Positions 28,201 through 40,200 of a DNA stretch of 64,000 nucleotides are shown in pieces. The position numbers and the translations under genes were made by a program. Source of the stretch: Ruditapes philippinarum. Lineage: Eukaryota. Location: NCBI RefSeq assembly GCF_026571515.1, contig NW_026861602.1:248001-312000 (forward strand), read 5' to 3'. A model generated the notes under the pieces. It saw only the letters and a program-made list of their open reading frames with translations, was not told where the DNA came from and did not search any database. Within the stretch, counting starts at the first letter, position 1; the number at the start of each line of letters is the position of its first letter.

Positions 28201-31200
28201 CACGTGGCATTAATGACCCTGGTGATTTATGAATTACTTGTCCCTTTTACCCAAATGACTTATAGCATCACATTGCTTTAATCGCTCTGGTGATTTATGA
28301 ATTCCCTTTGTCTTTTTCCCCCGACATTATATGGTTGTAATCCCTATAGATTTATGACTTACCCTTTTGCCTAAATTATTTATAACATCACATGGCTTTT
28401 ATTTCTTTATAAATTCCACTTGCCCTTTTCACCCAAAGAGTTTATAGTATCACATGATTTTAATCAATCTGGTGAATTCCCTTTTGCCTAAATTACAACA
28501 TCACATGGTTTAAATCACACTGGTTAATTCCCTTTTGCCTAAATTACAATGTCACATGGTTTTAATCACTCTTCTTAATCCCATTTTGCCTAAATTACAA
28601 CATCATATGGTTTTAATCACTCTGCTTAATTCCCTTTTGCCTAAATTACAACATCGTATGGGTTTAATCACTCTGCTTAATTTCCTTTTGCCTAAATTAT
28701 AACATCACATGATGTTAATCACACTGCTTAATTCCCTTTTGCCTAAATTACAACATCATATGGGTTTAATCACTCTGCTTAATTTCCTTTTGCCTAAATT
28801 ACAACATCGTATGGGTTTAATCACTCTGCTTAATTTCCTTTTGCCTAAATTACAACATCGTATGGGTTTAATCACTCTGCTTAATTTCCTTTGGCCTAAA
28901 TTACAACATCGTATGGGTTTAATCACTCTGCTTAATTTCCTTTTGCCTAAATTACAACATCGTATGGGTTTAATCACTCTGCTTAATTTCCTTTTGCCTA
29001 AATTATAACATCACATGATGTTAATCACACTGCTTAATTCCCTTTTGCCTAAATTACAACATCATATGGGTTTAATCACTCTGCTTAATTTCCTTTTGCC
29101 TAAATTACAACATCATATGGGTTAAATCACTCTGCTTAATTCCCTTTTGCCTAAATTACAACATCGTATGGGTTTAATCACTCTGCTTAATTTCCTTTGT
29201 CCTAAATTACAACATCGTATGGGTTTAATCACTCTGCTTAATTTCTTTTTGCCTAAATTATAACATCACATGATGTTAATCACACTGCTTAATCCCCTTT
29301 TGCCTAAATAACAACATCGCATGGGTTTAATCACACTGGTCAATTCCCTTTGGCCTAAATAATAACATTCCATGATTTTTAAATCACACTGGTTAATTCC
29401 CTTTGACCTAAATAATAACATCACATGATTTTTAAATCACACTGGTTAATTCACTTTTCCTTAAATTATAACATCACATGGATTTTATTACTATAGTGAT
29501 TCAAAATTCCCATATTACCTCTAGTATCTAGGGTTATTATGTTTTTTACAGCATCCTGTAGCAATGATGTACTAGTGTATCACATATTTGTCAGAATTAA
29601 GTTATTAAGTCTATCACATATGTGTCAGAATTAAGTTATTAAGTGTTTCACATATGTGTCGGTATTAGGTTATTATGTGTATCATATATGTGTCATTATT
29701 ATGTTATTAAATGTATCACATATGTGTCAGAATAAAGTTATTAAGTGCATAACATATGTGTCAGCATTAAGTTATTAAGTGTTGTTTGTTCCAGGGAGAT
29801 GTCACTAAGTCAAGTTAAAGATTTACATTGCCATTTCACACGGCCTAGGTAGTCTAAAAATAGAAACACTAGCTAGCTGTAGACTTCTTTCTTGTGTGGT
29901 CACCTTAGTTATATACATGTACACTAACTATACATATATAGTGTGGTCTAATTAATAGCTAGTTATCAAGTTAGTGACCACTTCACTCTGCTTTCTACTG
30001 GTCACAAACACACTGGCACATGTGATATTAACTGTATATACTAGTCAGATCACTTTTTTTATGCTCCCCGGAGAGAGAGCATATAGTTGCCACCTTGTCC
30101 GTCTGTCCTTCTGTCTGTCTGTCTTTTGTCTTGTCCGGAGCATAACTTGAAAACCCTTGGAGATATTTGTTTAAACTTCACACGGTGGTAGAGGGCATTG
30201 AGGCAGAGTGCAGTGTCAAAGAACGATAACTCTTTTTTGCCCATTTTTCAATTATCTCCCCTTTAAGAAAATTTTTTTCTGAGACATAACTCTAAAACTA
30301 TAAGAGATATCAACATGAAACTTTGTAGGTAGATAGATAGATCTCAATGGGTAGATGTGCAGTGCACAAGAACGGTAAACTTTGCCTTGCCTAAATTTGG
30401 AGTTATTGCCCTTTGTTCATTTTTACACTTTGAACTTTGTCCGGAACATAACTCTAATATTATAAGAGATATCAACATGAAACTTTGCAGGTAGATAGAT
30501 CTCATTGATTAGAAGTCCAGTGCTCAGAAAAGTAAATCTGCCTTGCCTTATTCAGGAATTATTGCACTTTGAATTTTGTTCAGGGACATAACTCTGAAAC
30601 TACAAGAGGTGTATTTTCCTGTGTAAAAAACCTATTTGGGGAGCATCACCCGGTTCAAACCGGACTCTTGTGTATATAGAAGTTTAATAGTGTTCTTTTA
30701 ACTTGTTTGATTGACGTGATTGTACAGTAGGTTAACCTGTACATAGAAACACCCTGTTTGATTTACGTGATTGTACAGTAGGTAAACCTGTACATAGAAA
30801 CACCCTGTTTGATTGACGTGATTGTACAGTAGGTTAACCTATACATAGAAACACCCTTTGGAAGACAAAGATTTTGGTTGTTGGTCAGAGGTGTTGTTCT
30901 GTACAGGTTAAACTTACTGAGAAGTCTTAGTTTGGGAAAAATTAAAATGGTTGTTGTAAAGAGGTCCTTGCTAGACAGAGGGCAATTCTGTAAAGGTTTC
31001 TATATATCATATATAGATCTATATTTCATACATTGTTGGGAAAATGTTAGAATAGTCTATTTTAAATACAGATTCCTAAGTACTTAATTTTCTGGCTAAA
31101 TGTTTTAATGTTGGTGGGTTTTTTTTCTCATTTTTTGGTGGTCCTGTTCCTTTTTCTTTTTTTTTCAAGATCGATAACTTATTTTTTTCAAGACAACTAA

Positions 31201-34200
31201 AAAACCATTTAAATCGATGGGTGTTTGACAAAATCATAAGATTATTGGTAGAAGTGAAGAAAAGAGAAAAAATTTAATAGTTTTATTGCTCAATATGTGA
31301 ACAACAAAAATACGAAATATATGACAGCAAATTTTATAGGGCAAGTTCCATATCTCTGGTATGTTTGAATCTTAGTTCTGTTAATAAAACATAAATGACA
31401 GGCAAGGTTGTGCTTACTTAAACTACTCTAAAAGCTATACTATAACTGTTTCATATTCATTTTAGGCATTCTATTTCTGAAACAGCTTTTCTTATTCTTT
31501 CTTTCAATCACTTTTCACTTTTTTCTGCTACAATTCAGTTCACAAGAATGTGAAAAGTGATCATACTATATACAGTAAACTCCGCTTATAACGAACTCAT
31601 TGGGACATTCAAAATCTGTTCCTTATATCCGGAGTTCTTTGTAAGCATATAGCGAATTAGTTCCTTGTATCAGAAGTTTTTATAGCGAACAGTTTTACAT
31701 ATAACAAACTAATTGTTTACCATCGTCCTCCATTTAGAACAGCATTTACTTAAGAGAAATAACTCTTTGGTTCGTCATTCTTTTCTCCCTTATATTGATT
31801 CAATAAAGAAAAAAGGAATAATTGCAATGTTGTTTCTTTTAATATAATTTTTATGTATAAATATATCTATAAGATAATTATATGATATGTACCATATATG
31901 CAATATTGTTATTTATCAACGATACAGTATCATGCACAAAAATAATCATTTTGCTTTGAAGAAGTCGCTAATTTTAGTTTGGGAATGTTTACAACTCTTC
32001 AGGTTAAATCCAATATCCAATAAACTTTTAAAAATTGTTTCTTCAACATGTGCATTAGACTCGAAGTATGATCTAATCTTGTGCAAACAATCAATAGCTT
32101 CATTTTTTTGACACAACCGGAAGATCATCTAAATAGATTTTGTCTTCGGAAGATTGACTGTCATCGTCATTATTTGTTCTCAATATATATCCGGCCAAGT
32201 TTGAATCTGTGCCGATGAAAACGAAAGAAGAAAATGCGTGATCTGTTAACGGATAGCCGATATTCTGGAGTTCGTTATAAAAGTGTAATTTTCTGTACTT
32301 TTTATGGCATTGGGACTAAAAAATTAGTTCCTTATAAGCGATAATTCCTTATAACCGTGTTCGCTGTAACCGTAATTTTTTACATTAAATAAAGAAGGGC
32401 AAAATTCGGGCCAAAATATTTTGTTCCTTATAACCGGAATTTCGCTATAACCGTGTTCGCTATATGTGAAGTTTACTGTATAGAACTAGAATGTACATGT
32501 CTCTGTATTTTGCAGTTTGATAAATCTATATCATCATATATATACATATATTTACTTTACATATATTTTCACTTCTTTGTAATATATTGTAGTTTATCTC
32601 ATATCTGACTAACTACTGGTGGATGGTCTAGATTAGCATTGTGATTCATTTAATACATGTATAGTCCAATTTTATAGACCTGTCAATTATGCATACATTA
32701 TAATTATGAACATATTATTTGAATATTATATCCAATTTGGGTAGTTTTCATCTATATTCTTAGAATTAACTTATTGACTAGGTTTTCAATGAGAACTGGT
32801 TATTGTAATGCCGACGTCTGCGGGCGCGCATCAACTTTTGGTTTCCGCTCAATAACTTGAGTTTGCTGTGGCATATTGACACCAAACTTGATGTATGGGT
32901 AGCTTATATTAAGAGACAGCTTGGGATTGCTACCCAGGTGTCCTTGATCAAGGTCAAGGTCACTGTTACTTAAAATAGAAATTCAGTTTCTGCTCAATAA
33001 TTTGTGTTTCCTTTGGCCTATTGACACCAAACTTGGTCTGTAAGTAGCTTATATCAAGAGGCAGCTTGGGATTGCTGCCCAGGTGTATGTGATCAAGCTC
33101 AAGGTCATTGTTACTAAAAAGGATATTCAGTTTCTGCTCAATAACTTGTGTTTACTTGACCTATTTACACCAAACTTGGTGTATGGATAGCTTATATCAA
33201 GAGGCTACTGGGGATAACTACCCAGGTGACTATGATTCAGGTCAAGGTCACTTAATTGCTAAAAATAATTCAGTTTTTGCTTAATAACTTGAGTTAGTTG
33301 TGACCTATTGACAGCAAATTTGGTGTGTGGGTAGCTTATATCAGGATGCAACTTGGGATTGCTACCCAGATGTCTGTGATCAAGGTCAATGTCAATGTTG
33401 CTAAAAATAGAAATTCAGTCTCTGCATAATAACTTGAGTTTGCTTAGACCTATTGACACCAAATTTAGTATGTGGGTAGCTTATATCAAGAGGCAACTTG
33501 GGATTGCTACCCAGGTGTCTGTGAACAAGGTCAAGGTCACTGTTGCTTAAAAAAGAAATTCAGTTTCACGTTATAACTTGATGTTGCTTCACCAAACTTG
33601 CTGTGTGGCAGCTTTTGACTGCCACTTAGATATATGTGAGCAAGGTCAAGGTCATTTGCTTACAATAGAATTTTCAGCTTCCACTCATTAACTTCAGCGC
33701 AATTTGACCTATTGATTGCTGTCACATCAAAACTTGGTCGTTGAAAACCTGGTTTTCGTCGCATTGCGGCGCTTCTTGTCAACTGTCATACTTTAAGTTC
33801 AGATCTTCTAGCTACAGTTAACAAATGGTCACATACCGTTAGTGACAGTAGCTCAGTAGAGAGGCAATGTGGCCATACAAAATGAAGGTTCTTGATTCAA
33901 GTCTGAATCTGCTGGTATGAATTTTCTTTGGTTTATATGTTTTATATGTTTCAAATCACAAAGAGATTTGCTTATACATTGTTATCAGAAATCCATGCAG
34001 TAATAAGATGCAACATCTTACCACTAAACATTATTGCAAGAGTTCTCTTACAAAAGGTCTTAAACTAAAAAAAATATACTGATCTGTTTGAATAAAATAC
34101 CAAAGCATAATACATTGTATACCCCAAAAATATCAAACATAATTTCAGCGTGATAGCTACATAGCTAAAACACTTGTTTGTAGTGCTATATAAGAAATGC

Positions 34201-37200
34201 ATGTAAGGCTCTAAATGGCCCCAGTCTTAGGAAAAGTTGTTTTACAATAACACACTTTATCTATGTTAAAACACTTTAAAAAAAAATTAACACTGGCTAA
34301 AGTTATTCCATATACGTGTATCTTAATGCTGGCTAAAGTTATTCCATATATCTTAACGCTGGCTAAAGTTATTCCATATATCTTTAGGTTGGCCAAAGTT
34401 ATTCCATATATCTTAACGCTGGCTAAAGTTATACCATATATCTTAACACTGGCTGAAGTTATTCCATATATCTAACTGCTGGCTAAAGTTATTCCATATA
34501 TCTTAACGCTGGCTGAAGTTATTCCATATATCTTAATGCTGGCTGAAGTTATTCCATATATCTTAACACTGGCTGAAGTTATTCCATATATCTTAACACT
34601 GGCTGAAGTTATTCCATATATCTTAACGCTGGCTGAAGTTATTCCATATATCTAACTGCTGGTTAAAGTTATTCCATATATCTTAACGCTGGCTGAAGTT
34701 ATTCCATATATCTAACTGCTGGCTGAAGTTATTCCATATATCTTAACGCTGGCTGAAGTTATTCCATATATCTTAACACTGGCTGAAGTTATTCCATATA
34801 TCTTAACGCTGGCTGAAGTTATTCCATATATCTTATAGAGACTCCTTTTTAGAGTGTGAGAAAAAATTATACAGCCTGTCTGAAACCCAGAATGCTCGGA
34901 GAACTGTGTGGCAGTTTTGCTGACAAGCTGAGACTGTCTGGCACTTAAACATTTTCTACCAAATTAGTAAACATTTTTTATATTTTTTTACCAAAACATA
35001 TATTATGTATACTGACCAAGTACCATAACTAATTTTGTTGATAAAACTGAACGAGACATTGTAGTAACTGTCTTATAACTGATGACTATAAACAGAAGTA
35101 ATCGGTTGACTCATATAATCCCTGGCCTCATCTTTATACAATGTATATATCATCTAATATAAGTTGAAACTAAAAGAGTACACGTATTTCACTTCTGATT
35201 AAGTTTTTGTTTTACAGATCTCAGAATAATTTTAGTTAAATATATGCGTTAATGACAAATGATAGCATGGTTTGTTTTTTGTTACATTCAAATGCATGAG
35301 TTTTATGCAAATTGAATGAATGAATTTATTTATTTAAGTTGCTAATTATTAGCTTTTACTTATGCGGAGTTGCTATGCAGGTTCTCTGTCAGTTAATCTA
35401 AGTTAATGTCGAGTCAGCATTTTTAGCTCACCTGAGCACAACATGCTCACAGTGAGCTATTGTGATGGCCATGTGTCCATTGTCATATGGAGTGGGTTTT
35501 GTGTCGTATATGGTTTTGTTAAACAGCATATCCTTTGAAACAGATTGTTGGAATTAAATTGACCAAACTTCTCAGGAATGATCATTAAATGGTTGTCCCT
35601 TGTCAAAGTTAACTTAAATGGTGTTGGTTGACTGCATAAATAGGTCACAGGGCCAAAAAAAGGGGTGTTTCAAAAATTCAAATTTGAAACTTTCTTGTCT
35701 GATAATACAAGGCAGAATGTAACTATATAACATTATTTAGAGGTTCTCTACCGAAGTTGCTTAAATTCAACCCTGCTTAGCCGTCATGGGTTCTTTGAAA
35801 AATCTTCTTCTTTAAAATCCTCGAGGCTTAAGACCTAAGATATTTGGTAATTGTAACCTTTATAATGATTGTTCAAATAATTGTCCTGGGTTCATAATTG
35901 TTTCCAACTCTTTTGGTCATGGGTTTTGCCTTTTATGAACTCAAATTTTTGTGGTAAGCATTATTATTAGCTTACAGCTTTTGACACCTGGAACTTTTTT
36001 CTGAGTTCTGCCTCAAATCTCTTTAAAACTTTAAAAACTTTAATTGGTCAGTGTACATTCTATGAGAGTTTCAGACCAATCAAATACCTGAGATCTAAGT
36101 TGAGCTTAGAGATTACATTTATAACCTCTGACCCACTACCATTCTGTCCTCAAGTGTTCGACTTTGGGCTAGCCCCCTTGTTTGGTCATGACATACCAGT
36201 ACTGGTTTCAAGGAATTATTCAAACAAGATCTATTTATCACTATCCAGATAAAATAAATGTATGTTTTGACTAAAAACTAAATCAAATATATTCTCAAAT
36301 TCTGTTGTTTTTTATGCTTCTTGAGAAAAAAGTTGTTAAATTAGCATATGACTATATCATAAATCCCTTTATAGCTATAAGTTATTAATGAACAATTTAC
36401 CATTCTCTTACCATTTCTAAATCTTCAAATCAAGTTCTTAAAGATAAAAGAAAAATAAAAATCTTCTGATAGAATTTATATTCTATTTCTATTATATCAC
36501 TTTTGAATCTGGTTACAGGTAAAAACAGGCTAAATTATCAAGAGATTATGATGTAAACTAAGTAACATAATTAGAGTTAACAATGAATTAGTTGTCATGA
36601 ATTACGGATTTTATTATTTCAGGTCGAGTTCATCAGCAGCTACGGCCGCGTTTGCTGCTGCGACAGCTGGATCAGGAGTTTACTCCCCTGATCAGTCCTC
36701 GGCTAGAGTGCAGAGGTTTCTCAGTGCTGGCACTGGTAATATTTCATTTCCCTATCTGTTCTTGATAATATTTTGTTTCCCTTTCTATTCTTGATAATAT
36801 TTCATTTCCCTATCACTTCTTGATAATATTTCATTTCCCTATCTGTTCTTGATAATATTTTGTTTCCCTTTCTATTCTTGATAATATTTCATTTCCCTAT
36901 CACTTCTTGATAATATTTCATTTCCCTATCTATTCTTGATAATATTTCATTTCCTTATCTATTCTTGATAATATTTCATTTCCCTATCTATTCTTGATAA
37001 TATTTCATTTCCCTATCTATTCTTGATAATATTTCATTTCCCTATCTGTTCTTGATAATATTTCATTTCCCTATCTATTCTTGATAAAATGTCATTTCCC
37101 TTTCTGATCTTGATAATATTTCTTTTCCCTATCTATTATTGATAATTTTTCATTTCCCTATTTGTTCTTGATAATTTGTCATTTCCCTATCTGTTCTTGA

Positions 37201-40200
37201 TAACCAGTGATTTTTTTGCTGTATTTTACAGCCGAAAAAAGGCTGTTTCCCATAGCCCAAAATAGGTATATTTTCCCCTAAAATTGCTAATATTTTCCCC
37301 TAAAATGCCTCGTGCTCTTCCTTACCAGAACCATGGAAAGCTATCTCTATAGATAGCCTCTGCTATGTACCATGCATGTTAAATTGAATTGATATTAATT
37401 TTTTTTTTATAAAACTAAATTGTGTGGGTAAATTCCATTTTCAGTTGATGAAATTTGATTTCAGGTATTCCCCCTTTTCTTATTTATTGCACTATATTTT
37501 CCCCTTCAGAAAGCCACAGGTTGTTTTGAAAATTGGGAAAAAAATCACTGATAACATTTCTTTTCCCTATCTATTCTTGGTCATATGTCATTTCCCTATC
37601 TGTTCTTGATAATATTTTGTTTCCCTTTCTATTCTTGATAATATTTCATTTCCCTATCACTTCTTGATAATATTTTATTTTCCTATATCTTTTCTTGATA
37701 ATATTTCATTTCTCTATCTATTCTTGATAATATTTCATTTCCCTATCTATTCTTGATAATATTTCATTTCCCTATCTATTCTTGATAATATTTCATTTCC
37801 CTATCTATTCTTGATAATATTTCATTTCCCTATCTATTCTTGATAATAATTAATTTCCCTATCTGTTCTTGATAATATTTCATTTCCTTATCTATTCTTG
37901 ATAATATTTCATTTCCCTATCTGTCCTTGATAATGTTTCATTTCCCTATCTGTTCTTGATAATATTTCAGTTCCCTATCTGTTCTTGATCATATTTCATT
38001 TCCCTATCTATTCTTGATAATATTTCATTTCTGTATCTATTCTTGATAATATTTCATTTCCCTATTGGTTCTAGATATTTTATTGCCTAATCTGTTCTGT
38101 ATTTTATTGTTCTTTAAAATCTTTATAATTATATTTCATTTTCCTTTCTTAAAATGTAAAGTTTTTGTCATGCGCCCCATGTCAGAAATTTGGTTAACCT
38201 GCTTTTAAAGTAAATTTTTCAAAAAACAGTCAAAAGATGTTATAATCAAACATTGATCAGAAGTGAAATGGAAACATTAGGGAAAAAAAGTCTTATTGTA
38301 TAAAATAGATAGAGGATATTCATATACAGAATTTATTTTCATCGAGTAATGAAAATAAATATTTTATAAGTGGTGGTGGCCACAAGTGAAATATGATAAT
38401 TTTCATATTACAAAATGAAAATAAATCCTATATACATAGAAAAACTTTTCTGTTCATTACATACTTTTTTCTCTTTTTAAACATTACAATTTGGAAGACT
38501 TCCCCTAAAATTTTATGTATTGGCTGAATTTAGAAAATATATTGCACTTCAGTGAAAAATAATTTTTTACAGTGAAAATACGGAAAATTGAAATATGCAT
38601 TTTATTTCATCAATATTTCATTATTACAAGTATATAATAAAATTATTGTTATGTAAACCATTATTTTGTTATATTAATCAGGTGCTACAGACTCGAGATT
38701 ATTAAAGAAGAGAGAGTCAGTAATAAGTACAGCAGCAACTATGAGAGTTCTTAACATAATTAAACACTGGGTCTCCAAACATTCCCAGGTATTGTTATAT
38801 TTTTTTATGTAGGTTTGTTTAAATGACTCCTAGTTTTTAGGGTAGTAGATTAAATGTCAAAATGACCTTCATCAGAAAGGCTGGCCTACAGTCTTTAGTT
38901 TTGTGTAAATGTTTCAGACTTACTGCGAACCCTCATGGGTGAATCACCAATGGTCATGATATTTCAGTATTTTTATTTAGTATTTTAGGATTTTGACTGT
39001 GTAACAATACATTTATGATGTTTTAGAATTTTAATCATGAAACAATAAATTGACAATGATATTTTAGGATTCTGTGTGTATAACAATACTTTGATTACAT
39101 TGACTATGGTATTTTAGGATTTTACTGTGTGACAATAAATTGACAATGGTATTTTTCAAATTTGACTTCATTACAATACATAAACAATGATATTTTAGGA
39201 TTTTGACTGTGTAACAATATATTTACATGATATTTTAGGATTTTGACTGTGTAACAATACATGCACTATGATAATTTAGGGTTTTGACTGTGTAACAATA
39301 CATGCACTATGATATTTTAGGGTTTTGACTGTGTAACAATACATTCACTATGATATTTTAGGGTTTTGACTGTGTAACAATACATTCACTATGATATTTT
39401 AGGATTTTGACTGTGTAACAATACATTCACTATGATATTTTAGGATTTTGACTATGTAACAAGACATTAACAATGATATTTTAGGATGTTGACTGTGTAA
39501 CAATACATGCACTATGATATTTTAGGATTTTGACTGTGTCATGATATTTTAGGATTTTGACTGTGACAATGAGCTGAAGGTATCTGTGATAGATTTTCTG
39601 GAGGAGATGGTATGTAATACAAATCTGTTACCAGCTGAACACAAGGCTGCGGCTTCAATACTGAGGACTCTTACCAAGGAAACAACAGAACCTAAAATAG
39701 ATCTCACAAAACTTCTTGCTCACCCAGAGGTAATTAGTTCATTCTTTTCTTCAGGATAATAAATAGCGGCAGCTTACCTTTAAATAATAAATCTCACAAA
39801 ATTTTCTTGCTCACCCATAAGTAGTATGCTTTTTTTCATCAGGATATTATTTAGGGGCAGCTTATCTTTCAATAATAAATCTTACAAAATTTCTTGCTCA
39901 AGCAGAGGTAATATGTAGTATGTTCATATTTCCTCAGACAGCATACCTTTCAGTTAATAATAATTAAATTTCACAAAACTTACTTGCTCGCCAAGATGTT
40001 ATAATTATGCTCACTTTCAATTTTTAATACTGATATAATTGATTGCTTTAAAAAGATAAAGTATGTCTTATTCATTAATATAATTATATTTTAGACATCT
40101 TCAAAGGACACATTTGATAGTTTATCAGCGTTAGACATATCTGAACAGTTGACATTCCTTGATCATCAAATATTTACATCTATCAGGAGCGAGTATGTCA

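Noticed and set aside
28709-29008. Leu-rich repeat ORFs on both strands
   Set aside because: Translations of the 51 bp minisatellite C.
34288-38070. 29-30 bp regular repeats as a CRISPR array
   Set aside because: Head-to-tail units without unique spacers, no cas genes, eukaryotic intron context.
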